Source: Pseudomonadales bacterium (GTDB taxonomy: Bacteria; Pseudomonadota; Gammaproteobacteria; Pseudomonadales; Porticoccaceae). Taken from it: a DNA stretch of 64,000 bases. The notes under the pieces were generated by a model. It saw nothing but the letters and a program-made list of their open reading frames with translations, was not told the DNA's origin and searched no databases. The position numbers and the translations under genes were made by a program. The DNA is taken from contig JACKOF010000002.1 in assembly GCA_024234435.1 (NCBI GenBank), positions 61,695 through 125,694 on the forward strand. Reading direction: 5' to 3'. Positions 19,778 to 27,999 of this stretch are shown here, in pieces. Numbering within the stretch: position 1 is the stretch's first letter; every line of letters starts with the position of its first letter.

Positions 19778-20318
19778 CACTTTTAATACCACTCGCAAAA
19801 GCCTGCCTCAACGGGGCTTTTCAATACTTGAACTGCTGGTTGTTGTCGTGGTAATCGGCATTCTGATCACCACCGCATACCGCTACCTGCAGGATCATAT
19901 TACCGAAGCTGAAAAAGCGACACTGACGAGCCTGTCGAGAGATTTCGCCGTCAGCATGTCCATGATACGCAACAAATGGATTGTAGAAGGAAAGCGCACA
20001 ACCCCCAAAGGCCAAAGAGTCACCCAACTGGAGGACAGCACTGTCTACCTGAATCAGAGCGGTTGGCCAATTGCAACACGGGCGCTGGACAAAGGTGAAA
20101 TTCCCACCGCCGAAGACTGCGCGCAACTCTGGAATATTATTATGCAGTACAGCGTAGCGACCACTGTTGAAGGGGCCAGTGTACGCGGCGACGCCAGTTA
20201 CCATATCTCGTCGCCAGGCAGAAACCATTGCCGGTACGAACTCGCCTATCTGCCGAAAAACCACTACTACTTTGACTACCTGTCAGAGAAAGGGGAAGTA
20301 AAACTGAACCGGAATTAA
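19764..20318 (+). CDS. mshF: MshF, prepilin-like MSHA protein
   Basis: Prepilin motif QRG/FSILELLVVVVVIGIL. The track start at 19725 is TTG inside mshG; an in-frame GTG at 19764 is the more plausible start. The 5' end is uncertain. Confidence 0.6.
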   Translation: MCRPDTFNTTRKSLPQRGFSILELLVVVVVIGILITTAYRYLQDHITEAEKATLTSLSRDFAVSMSMIRNKWIVEGKRTTPKGQRVTQLEDSTVYLNQSGWPIATRALDKGEIPTAEDCAQLWNIIMQYSVATTVEGASVRGDASYHISSPGRNHCRYELAYLPKNHYYFDYLSEKGEVKLNRN

Positions 20319-20379
20319 CCGGCTATCGACGAAAACGCCCATTTGTCAACAAGTTACAACAGAATACTCATGTAAAGCA

Positions 20380-20408
20380 TTGACTTTTCAGCCAATAGCT
20401 TCAACAAT
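20380..20408 (+). promoter_or_regulatory. Candidate sigma-70 promoter for the pilin gene block
   Basis: TTGACT (20380-20385), 17-nt spacer, AACAAT (20403-20408). It lies in the only sizeable intergenic gap inside the msh locus, about 115 nt upstream of the mshA ATG. Confidence 0.3.
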
Positions 20409-20523
20409 AACGACAATTTCGTCAATTCCACAACGTGTTAGATATTATCGATTTTGTCAGTTACGGGATTATCAGCGAATAAGCGTTAAAACCAACCACA
20501 AAGCAAATAAAGGGAAGAAAAAC

Positions 20524-20922
20524 ATGAAACAACAACGTGGTTTTACTCTGATTGAACTCATCGCCGTTATCGTTATTCTGGGCATCCTGGCCGCCGTTGC
20601 CGTACCCAAATTTGTTGATCTGTCACAAGCAGCAAAAGAAGCAGCCGTGAAAGGTGCTGCTGGTGCGTTATCCAGTGCTTCTGCACTGAACCATGCCAAT
20701 AACATTGCCAATGATGCAGGCCTAACCACCACTACAACTATTGTAGCGGTTGCCAATTGCACGGATGTTGCCAACATACTTGATGGCGGCCTGGACAGCC
20801 AGTTTGAGATTGTTGCCGCTGCCGTCGGCACAAATGAAGGCGATAGCGAAACTTGCGTTGTCCGTGACAGTGTGACGACTTCGATCACTGAAAACTTCAC
20901 AGCTTACCGTGTAGCTCCCTAA
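20524..20922 (+). CDS. mshA: Major MSHA pilin (type IVa prepilin)
   Basis: ATG at 20524 with AAGGGAAG upstream. Leader MKQQRG followed by FTLIELIAVIVILGILAAVAVPKF (Gly-1, Phe+1, Glu+5). The track start 20380 is a spurious extension. Confidence 0.85.
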   Translation: MKQQRGFTLIELIAVIVILGILAAVAVPKFVDLSQAAKEAAVKGAAGALSSASALNHANNIANDAGLTTTTTIVAVANCTDVANILDGGLDSQFEIVAAAVGTNEGDSETCVVRDSVTTSITENFTAYRVAP

Positions 20923-20940
20923 TGTAGCTCCTCTGAAACA

Positions 20941-21366
20941 GTGGTTTTGCTGAAGGTTGCCCGACAATCCGGTTTTACCCTGATTGAACTGATTGCGGTG
21001 ATACTGATTCTCTCAGTACTCACCGCCGGGGTCGCCAGCCAGTTCAGCAACACCTCACAGTTTCAGGCCATGACGACCCGCGACGATATAGTTGCGGGTT
21101 TGTTTTATGCCCAGCAAATAGCCCTGGCCAGAGCAGCAACAGACAACACGGTTGCGTTCGTATCGAGTGGAAACAGTATTGATGTCCTTGAAGACGGCAC
21201 CACAGTTAACGGCATATACCCCCTCACCCTTCCCGGTGGTTTTACCCTGACCAGCGCCACTCTCAACTATGACAAGCTCGGCAGGACAACCGCCACAGCA
21301 CTGACATTGAGCGACGGTTCCAGTAGTGTCGTCATTCAGGTATCGGCCTCCGGCTATGCAAACTGA
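20941..21366 (+). CDS. mshC: Minor MSHA pilin (MshC-position prepilin)
   Basis: GTG start. The QSG/FTLIELIAVILILSVL prepilin motif. Confidence 0.7.
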   Translation: MVLLKVARQSGFTLIELIAVILILSVLTAGVASQFSNTSQFQAMTTRDDIVAGLFYAQQIALARAATDNTVAFVSSGNSIDVLEDGTTVNGIYPLTLPGGFTLTSATLNYDKLGRTTATALTLSDGSSSVVIQVSASGYAN

Positions 21367-22000
21367 AAAACCTTTTTGGATCACTCCAGATCCGTTCGTG
21401 ATGGCAGCCTCGCCAAACCGCCATTGCGAGCCGCAGGTGCGGCAATCCAAAAAAATATTGCTGGATCACCTCACCCGCGTTCGCAATAACAGCGCCACCT
21501 CCCGCTCATTGCGAGCCACAGGTGTAGCAATCCATAGAGCACGTCAACAAGGTTTCTCCCTGATTGAACTGGTGGTCTTTATGGTGGTGGTCGGGCTGGC
21601 TTTAAGCTCCACTATACTGGTTTACAACCAATCGGTGATTAACAGCGTTGACCCCATTATTCGCGTGCAAATGGCCGAACTGGCTCAATCACAACTGGAT
21701 GAAGTTATCGCCAGAAAATATGATGAGAATACTCCCACCGGCGGCATTCCAGCCTGCGGCAGTGCCGAAACCGGCGCACCGGCTTGTGCGGGCATGGGGC
21801 TGGAAGCGGGTGAAGTTCTTAGCGACCAGTCCACTCTGGACGATGTGGACGATTTCGATGGTTACAATGATACACCCTATACTGGCTATACCCGTGATGT
21901 CGCCATTAGCATTGTCGGCAACACCAAACAAATTACCGTAACGGTATCCGGCCCGAACAACCAGCAGCTTATACTCAGTGCTTTCCGAGCCAACTTCTAG
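21356..22000 (+). CDS. mshD: Minor MSHA pilin MshD with an unusually long N-terminal extension encoded by two repeat elements
   Basis: Prepilin motif QQG/FSLIELVVFMVVVGL. The only ATG is at 21356 and overlaps the upstream stop (ATGCAAACTGA). An alternative internal TTG lies at 21509. Confidence 0.65.
   Translation: MQTEKPFWITPDPFVMAASPNRHCEPQVRQSKKILLDHLTRVRNNSATSRSLRATGVAIHRARQQGFSLIELVVFMVVVGLALSSTILVYNQSVINSVDPIIRVQMAELAQSQLDEVIARKYDENTPTGGIPACGSAETGAPACAGMGLEAGEVLSDQSTLDDVDDFDGYNDTPYTGYTRDVAISIVGNTKQITVTVSGPNNQQLILSAFRANF
21378..21448. repeat. 71-bp imperfect-palindromic repeat element, copy A
   Basis: Sequence runs GGATCAC...CATTGCGAGCCGCAGGTGCGGCAATCC. It aligns without gaps to copies B and C. 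Confidence 0.8.
21463..21533. repeat. 71-bp imperfect-palindromic repeat element, copy B
   Basis: Sequence runs GGATCAC...TCATTGCGAGCCACAGGTGTAGCAATCC. It lies 14 nt after copy A. Confidence 0.8.
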
Positions 22001-22010
22001 GCTAATCACT

Positions 22011-22793
22011 GTGATATCAACCACCCGAAAGTCATTTTCAGCTCGCAGTCAGTCCGGTTTTACACTGATTGAATTGATTACAGTGATCGTGATTCTCTCG
22101 ATCATCGCCACTTTCGGCAGCGGTTTCGTGGTATCGACTCTGGATGCCTATAGCCAGACCCAGGACCGCAGCAAACTGATTAACCGGGGACGTCAGGCAA
22201 TAGAGCAGATCACCCGCCGAATCCGGGGCGCTACCCCTAACAGTATCCGTATTACCGGCAACTGCCTGGAGTTTCTGCCGCTGGCCAGTGGCGGCAATTA
22301 TTTAAATGCCGTGCCCGATCTGAATAACGGCGCCCCCGCCTCCAACACGATAAGCATCACACCCTATAGCGTCGATTTTGGTACTGCACGGCATGTCACT
22401 ATCGGCGCAGACAGCGCTGGTGACATTTACAGTGGCGGGTCGCTGGCAACACTGGATTCATTCACGGCCACCACACTGACGCTCACGGGCAACAAGGTCT
22501 GGCAAAGAAATTCACCCACACGGCGTTTCTACCTGACCGATAACCCGGAATCGTTCTGCATGACAGGAGCAAACCTGCTGCACCACAGTGGTTACGCCAC
22601 CCCCCTGACCAGCACCGGAACACCCGGCGGGGCAGGCACACTGATGGCTGAAAATGTATCCTCCGGCACCCCTTTTGCGATAGAGGCAGGCACTGAAACC
22701 CGCGGTGCAGTGGTGATGATTGATTTGGTATTTGCCGAGAAAGACCAGCAGGTACCTATTCGTCAGGAGGTATTTGTTCGCAATGTTCCCTGA
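22011..22793 (+). CDS. mshO: MshO, prepilin-like minor pilin
   Basis: Prepilin motif QSG/FTLIELITVIVILSIIATFG. Start is either GTG 21978 (track) or GTG 22011; the 5' end is uncertain. Confidence 0.7.
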   Translation: MISTTRKSFSARSQSGFTLIELITVIVILSIIATFGSGFVVSTLDAYSQTQDRSKLINRGRQAIEQITRRIRGATPNSIRITGNCLEFLPLASGGNYLNAVPDLNNGAPASNTISITPYSVDFGTARHVTIGADSAGDIYSGGSLATLDSFTATTLTLTGNKVWQRNSPTRRFYLTDNPESFCMTGANLLHHSGYATPLTSTGTPGGAGTLMAENVSSGTPFAIEAGTETRGAVVMIDLVFAEKDQQVPIRQEVFVRNVP

Positions 22794-23349
22794 CACGTTC
22801 TGTAATAGCTTAAACCGCCTTCTGGATCGCTTCACCGCTGTTCGCGATGACAACCTGCCCTCACTGTCATTGCGAGCCGAAGGCGTGGCAATCCAAAACC
22901 ACTCAAGCCAAAGGCGCTCTCTGCATCTACCCCAAAAGCAACAAGGCTTTCTGATGCCGCTGGCCATTTTTATTGTCGTGATCATGGGCTTCTTTATTAC
23001 CACTCTCTCCCGCACCACCAGCCAGACGGCAACCTCCACCACGCAGGAGGCGATTTCACTGCAGGCTTTTTACGCAGCAGAAAGTGGTGCGCAACTGGGC
23101 ATGGCCAACCTGTTTTACGACACACTGAATCCATTAACGGCTTCAGCGGTTACAGGCCGTTGCGATGCGATGGCATTAACACCCAGCTTTAGCATCACAG
23201 GGCTGCGAAACTGTTCAGCCAGCGTCAGCTGTGCAACCGACAGTTCCGTTCCCGGTAAAAGCTTCTATACCATTACCAGCGTTGGCCGGTGTGGAGGCAC
23301 TGACATTGGTTCAAACCGAACTGTTCAGGTTTCGGCAAAAATGGAATAA
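22783..23349 (+). CDS. mshP: MshP (PilX-like minor pilin-associated protein), N-terminal region encoded by a repeat element
   Basis: ATG at 22783 overlaps the mshO stop by 11 nt. Hydrophobic segment QQGFLMPLAIFIVVIMGFFITT. Position in the operon. Confidence 0.6.
   Translation: MFPDTFCNSLNRLLDRFTAVRDDNLPSLSLRAEGVAIQNHSSQRRSLHLPQKQQGFLMPLAIFIVVIMGFFITTLSRTTSQTATSTTQEAISLQAFYAAESGAQLGMANLFYDTLNPLTASAVTGRCDAMALTPSFSITGLRNCSASVSCATDSSVPGKSFYTITSVGRCGGTDIGSNRTVQVSAKME
22824..22894. repeat. 71-bp imperfect-palindromic repeat element, copy C
   Basis: Sequence runs GGATCGCTTCACCGCTGTTCGCGATGAC...GTCATTGCGAGCCGAAGGCGTGGCAATCC. Confidence 0.8.
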
Positions 23350-23355
23350 CAGCGA

Positions 23356-26300
23356 ATGTGTTTACGGCGTTATATCACTGCTCTGCTTCTGCTGGCTGCC
23401 ACCGGGCTGCAAGCGGCACCTGGTGATATTCTGTTTCAGGAACAATTTAACAACACCGCTGACCTGACGGCTGACTGGACCACTGACAGTGAAGCCCGCG
23501 TCAACGCAGTGACCGGCAACCCAACACCTTCGCTTTCCATAGAGGCTGGCAATGGGGCTCGTTCTGCAACGTCCCGGCCAATTGATACGCAGGTTCCCAG
23601 TGCTTCACTGAGCTTCTGGGTAAGGCGTGGTTTCGACACTCAGGGGGGCAACTGTCCATCCAATCAGACATGTTCTGAATACCCGGAAGGTGGTGAGAAT
23701 TTCCAGGTCCAATACCTCAACAGCAGTAACAACTGGATCACCCTGATCACCTATACCGGTGGCGGCACCTCTGGAGAAATATTCACCTATGATGAACCTC
23801 TGCCCGCGGATGGCTTGCACGCAGCCTTCCGCCTGCGTTTTACTCATGTGGGTGGAAACCAGGGCGGCTGGGATTTATGGCATGCCGACGATGTGCTGAT
23901 CACGGAAACCATTGATATCGCCGCCACCTGTTCTACCACCAGTACGATTTTCTACGAGGCGTTTAACAACAATGGCGACCTCAATAGTGACTGGAACACC
24001 GATAACGGTGTTCGTATTAACAGCATCACGTTCGGCGCAGCGTCACCCTCTGTCTCTATTGATGGTCGCTCCGGACTGCATGGCATTACCAGCAAATCAA
24101 ATCGCATCGATGCCAACGTCGCAGCCGCCCGCCTGGGGTTCTGGGTCCGCCGCGGCTTTGATACCCAGAACAATGGCTGCCCAACCAACCAGAATTGCTC
24201 TGAGGATACCGACGACAACGAAAATCTGGTGGTGGAATATCTCAACAATGCCAACAGCTGGCAACCGATCATTACCTACGAAGGCGGCGGAACAAAGGGT
24301 GAGATTCTGAATTACAGTGCTCTGCTACCCGGCGATGCACTGTACAGCGGCCTCCGGCTTCGTTTTTTGCATACCGGTGGCAGTGGTTCAACCTGGGATC
24401 TCTGGCATATTGACGATGTCTTGGTAGAGCAGTGTACGGGCTCCGCAGGGCCGGACCACTACAGCATTAATAACCTTGCCACTACTGCTGTCAGCTGCGA
24501 AGCCATAAACCTGACCATCGAAGCCCATGATGCCAGCCACAACCTGACCGATGCCCTTTCAGCCACGGTTACACTCACCACATCCACTGGTCGCGGCACA
24601 TGGTCCGGCACAGGCATCAGCGATGCCACACCCAATGACGGAACGGCTACGCTCACCTTCTCCAGCGGTGCTGACTCAATGAACGTACAATTGAGCCACC
24701 CGGATCTGGGCGGCAACACCAGCGAGACAATCAATATCAATGTCAGCGACGGCTCTATCACTGAAATCAGCGGCAATGCCATCGCCCTGGATGACCCCAG
24801 CACGGTAATTTCAGACTCCGGCTTCCGTTTTATTGAAGTCGCAGGAGCCACGACCACTGCAACCATCCCCAGCCAGGTAGCCGGTGTACTGTCTTCCCAG
24901 AATCTGTTTATCGAAGCCATACGTACTGACTTGGACACGGGCTCCTGCACTGGCGTGTACCCGGCTGGCACGACAGTGAATGTGGATCTGGCCGCCGAGT
25001 GCAAAAACCCACAAAACTGCGCAGGTCTGCAAGTCGCGATCACCAACAATGGCAATACCACCAGCATTGCCACCAGCAACGACAACAGCGGTACAGGGGC
25101 CGCCGCCTACACCGGCGTTAATCTGCTGTTTGCCAGTGATTCCCGCGCGGCCTTCAGCCTGCGCTACCGTGATGTCGGCAATATCAGTCTGCACGCCCGG
25201 GATACCGTCAACCTGCCCGGTAACGTATCGGACACACTGACAGGCGAAAGCAACGGTTTTGTCGTCAAACCCTATACGCTGATGATGATTCTGGCCGAAA
25301 GTAACGACGCCACGCCGATTAACAACCCGGGGACAACCACTGCATTACCGGGATTTCTGCCCGCCGCCGCATCATTTCGAGTGGTAGTCGAATCTCAGGA
25401 TGCTGATGGCAACCGAACACCTAACTACGGCAACGAAACCATACCGGAAACCGTTAGTGCATCATTCGGTTCGCTGATTTTTCCAGTGGGCCCAGGAGCG
25501 GCAAACGGTACTTTTTCATCCGGCACGTTCACGGCCACTGCCACCCCAGGTCAGTTTGAATCAACAACCGCAAGCTGGACAGAAGCGGGCACCTTTACGC
25601 TGATAGCCGATATCGGCGACAGTAATTACCTGGGCGCTGGCGGCGTGGCATCACCCGCAGAATCCGGTAATATTGGCCGTTTTTACCCGGCGGACTTTGC
25701 CCTCAGTGGAGAAGCGCTTGATCAATGGTGTGAGGCATCGGGCACGAAAACCGGCTCGTTCTCTTATCTCTCCCAGCCGAATCTGCGACTCACCTATACG
25801 CTTACCGCCCGCAACCGCTCGGGCAATCCCGTGCTCAACTATGACAATACTGACTTAAACTACCTGATCACCAGCCCTGACGTACCTATTGGTGCCATCA
25901 ACTATCATGCCGAAAATGCCGATAACGGTATTAACCTGAATGCACGCGTAACGGTTTCACCCTCGGCACCCATTGCATGGGATAACGGCGTTTACCGGTT
26001 GACCGATGTTCCCGGTCAGCTTAACCGTATCGCTGCACCTGATGGCCCGTTCACCGAAACGCAATTTAGTCTGGATGTGACAGACCCCGACGGGGCTGTA
26101 CTGGATATCGCCAACCGCAACCAAAATCCTGACACTTCGGGGGACTGTTTGACACCCGCCAATTGCACCAGTGCTGCACTGGGCAACCCTCAGGTTTTCC
26201 GGTTTGGTCGCACCGTTATTGAAGACGCCAGTGGTCCTGAGTCCGCTCCCCTGCCCGTGATTTTTGGCACCGAATACTGGGATGGCACCAACTTCATCAC

Positions 26301-26655
26301 GACCACCAACGACTCCTGCAGTACACTGGCGTTTAGCGAAATTACCTATGCTACGAATAACCCGATTGCCAACCCACAGCCTGTAGCGGTGGGCAGCGGC
26401 ACCAGTAATGGCTCACTGAACGCAGCTGGTTCAGCTGCGGCAGTCACCTCCGGCACCTTCGGGCTGATTTTTTCTGCTCCCAATGACACAGGTCAATTCC
26501 CTGTTTCGGTCAACCTCACCAATTACCCCTGGCTGCGCTTTGACTGGAACCAGGACGGCGATTACAACAATGATACTGCCCTGCCTGACGCCACCATCAA
26601 CTTTGGTGCCTACCGTGGTCACGACCGGGTAATCTACTGGCGTGAGCGATTCTGA
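23356..26655 (+). CDS. mshQ: MshQ, large secreted MSHA-associated protein with duplicated N-terminal lectin-like domains
   Basis: Signal peptide (LLLLAATGLQAAPG). 1099 aa, last gene of the msh order. Two roughly 160-aa internal repeats. Confidence 0.8.
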   Translation: MCLRRYITALLLLAATGLQAAPGDILFQEQFNNTADLTADWTTDSEARVNAVTGNPTPSLSIEAGNGARSATSRPIDTQVPSASLSFWVRRGFDTQGGNCPSNQTCSEYPEGGENFQVQYLNSSNNWITLITYTGGGTSGEIFTYDEPLPADGLHAAFRLRFTHVGGNQGGWDLWHADDVLITETIDIAATCSTTSTIFYEAFNNNGDLNSDWNTDNGVRINSITFGAASPSVSIDGRSGLHGITSKSNRIDANVAAARLGFWVRRGFDTQNNGCPTNQNCSEDTDDNENLVVEYLNNANSWQPIITYEGGGTKGEILNYSALLPGDALYSGLRLRFLHTGGSGSTWDLWHIDDVLVEQCTGSAGPDHYSINNLATTAVSCEAINLTIEAHDASHNLTDALSATVTLTTSTGRGTWSGTGISDATPNDGTATLTFSSGADSMNVQLSHPDLGGNTSETININVSDGSITEISGNAIALDDPSTVISDSGFRFIEVAGATTTATIPSQVAGVLSSQNLFIEAIRTDLDTGSCTGVYPAGTTVNVDLAAECKNPQNCAGLQVAITNNGNTTSIATSNDNSGTGAAAYTGVNLLFASDSRAAFSLRYRDVGNISLHARDTVNLPGNVSDTLTGESNGFVVKPYTLMMILAESNDATPINNPGTTTALPGFLPAAASFRVVVESQDADGNRTPNYGNETIPETVSASFGSLIFPVGPGAANGTFSSGTFTATATPGQFESTTASWTEAGTFTLIADIGDSNYLGAGGVASPAESGNIGRFYPADFALSGEALDQWCEASGTKTGSFSYLSQPNLRLTYTLTARNRSGNPVLNYDNTDLNYLITSPDVPIGAINYHAENADNGINLNARVTVSPSAPIAWDNGVYRLTDVPGQLNRIAAPDGPFTETQFSLDVTDPDGAVLDIANRNQNPDTSGDCLTPANCTSAALGNPQVFRFGRTVIEDASGPESAPLPVIFGTEYWDGTNFITTTNDSCSTLAFSEITYATNNPIANPQPVAVGSGTSNGSLNAAGSAAAVTSGTFGLIFSAPNDTGQFPVSVNLTNYPWLRFDWNQDGDYNNDTALPDATINFGAYRGHDRVIYWRERF

Positions 26656-26671
26656 TCGTGAGTTTTGAAAC

Positions 26672-27046
26672 ATGAGCCTTCGCCTGTTGTTACCCCTGAT
26701 GTATATGGCAATACTGTTTGCACTGTCATCCATTCACGGTGGCGCAAGCGCCACCCCGGCAGAGGAATTGCTGGCCTGGTTGCCTCCGGGAATACAGAAC
26801 CTGCTGCACATCCCGGTTTGGGCGGGGCTGACAGGCTGCTGGGTATGGGCGCTCCAAAGGAATCATTATCCGCTTTTGCTGGCAGCAACGTTCTCGGTTA
26901 GCTATGGCATAGTTGACGAGTTATACCAGCGCACAGTTCCCGGCCGCTACGGCTCTCTGACTGACCTGTTATTTGATACTATTGGCGTTATTGCCACCTT
27001 ATTGCTGGTCGCCTGTTTCAAAAAATCATCGTCGGCAATAACATGA
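26672..27046 (+). CDS. VanZ-like family membrane protein
   Basis: 124 aa with four hydrophobic segments and a VanZ-like block (GIVDELYQRTVPGRYGSLTDLLFDTIGV). Starts 17 nt after mshQ. Confidence 0.7.
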   Translation: MSLRLLLPLMYMAILFALSSIHGGASATPAEELLAWLPPGIQNLLHIPVWAGLTGCWVWALQRNHYPLLLAATFSVSYGIVDELYQRTVPGRYGSLTDLLFDTIGVIATLLLVACFKKSSSAIT

Positions 27047-27104
27047 AAACAGCGGACATAGGCTTTTCAGCCTGGCATTTGCGGCCCATAATCAGACACA
27101 GACA

Positions 27105-27977
27105 ATGAACAGACTTTCTCTCTCGGGCACTTTCATGAACAAAACCCTTGGTTTTATGATCGCAGGGCTGCTAATCGTCGGCCTGGAGGCTCATGGTAAA
27201 TCAGCCAGCAGCTCCCCTGAAGGGCTGGCCCTTGCCAAAGCGGTGTACGACAGACCAACGGGCGAGGATGCCAGCTCAAGAGTGCTGATGATATTAACCC
27301 GTCAGGGAGGCGAACCCAGACAGCGCCTTCTCTACAGCTACGCCAAGGATAAAGGTGATGCAGAGCGCTGGACACTGATGCGATTTATCCAGCCGGAAGA
27401 CGTCGACAAAACCGGCCTGTTAACCAAGGATTATGAAGGCGATGACAGCGACCAGTGGTTGTACCTACCGGCCCTTGACCGGGTGCGGCGCATTTCATCT
27501 TCTCGCAAAGGCGGTCGCTTTGTTGGATCGGATTTTTATTATGAGGACCTGAAAGATCGCGAAGTGAATATGGACCACCACCGCATTATCGGCAAGGACA
27601 AGGTGGGTGGTGTGACCTGCGTTTTGCTGGAAAGTATCCCGGTAGAAAAATCGAACTCCGTTTATTCAAAACGCGAGAGCTGTATTTACAAAAAATTGAT
27701 GATTCCACTGCGAATAGACTACTACAGCAGAAAGTCAGAGCAGCCCGTGAAACGCCTGCAAGCCAGAAAAATCAAGAAAATACAGGGTTACTGGACCATC
27801 TTTGACAGCACCATGGTCAACCTGAAAACGGGACACAGTACCAAGCTGATCACAACCGATATCCGTTATGATCAGGATATCCCTGACGCTCTGTTCAGTC
27901 AGCGAGGATTATCGGATGACAGTCGGGAAAAACCGTTCAGACCGCAGAGTGACAGCGCAAGAACCGATCAGGAATGA
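27105..27977 (+). CDS. LolA-like outer-membrane lipoprotein-sorting family protein
   Basis: Signal peptide, then the characteristic block DQWLYLPALDRVRRISSSRKGGRFVGSDFYYEDL. The start may be the second Met at 27135. Confidence 0.7.
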   Translation: MNRLSLSGTFMNKTLGFMIAGLLIVGLEAHGKSASSSPEGLALAKAVYDRPTGEDASSRVLMILTRQGGEPRQRLLYSYAKDKGDAERWTLMRFIQPEDVDKTGLLTKDYEGDDSDQWLYLPALDRVRRISSSRKGGRFVGSDFYYEDLKDREVNMDHHRIIGKDKVGGVTCVLLESIPVEKSNSVYSKRESCIYKKLMIPLRIDYYSRKSEQPVKRLQARKIKKIQGYWTIFDSTMVNLKTGHSTKLITTDIRYDQDIPDALFSQRGLSDDSREKPFRPQSDSARTDQE

Positions 27978-27999
27978 ACAAAATACAAGGAACACACCC

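Noticed and set aside
20380-20523. The track extends the major pilin ORF 48 codons upstream (MTFQPIASTITT...)
   Set aside because: A type IVa prepilin leader is short. The ATG at 20524 gives the classic MKQQRG/FTLIE leader and has a purine-rich RBS. The extension covers the probable promoter region.
24459-25085. 208-aa minus-strand ORF, with other antisense ORFs at 23952-24272 and 24811-25194, inside mshQ
   Set aside because: These lie fully within a strongly supported plus-strand gene. They have low-complexity Ala/Val/Ser-rich translations typical of shadow frames, and no RBS or motif.
27868-27999. The track extends the barrel-protein ORF into the end of the LolA-like gene. Similar long-start artefacts occur at 36473, 38590-39411, 42264-42341, 49689 and 57155-57301.
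   Set aside because: Each extension overlaps the neighbouring gene, and internal ATGs with an RBS give proper signal peptides or domain N-termini. This is a longest-ORF artefact of allowing ATG, GTG and TTG starts.
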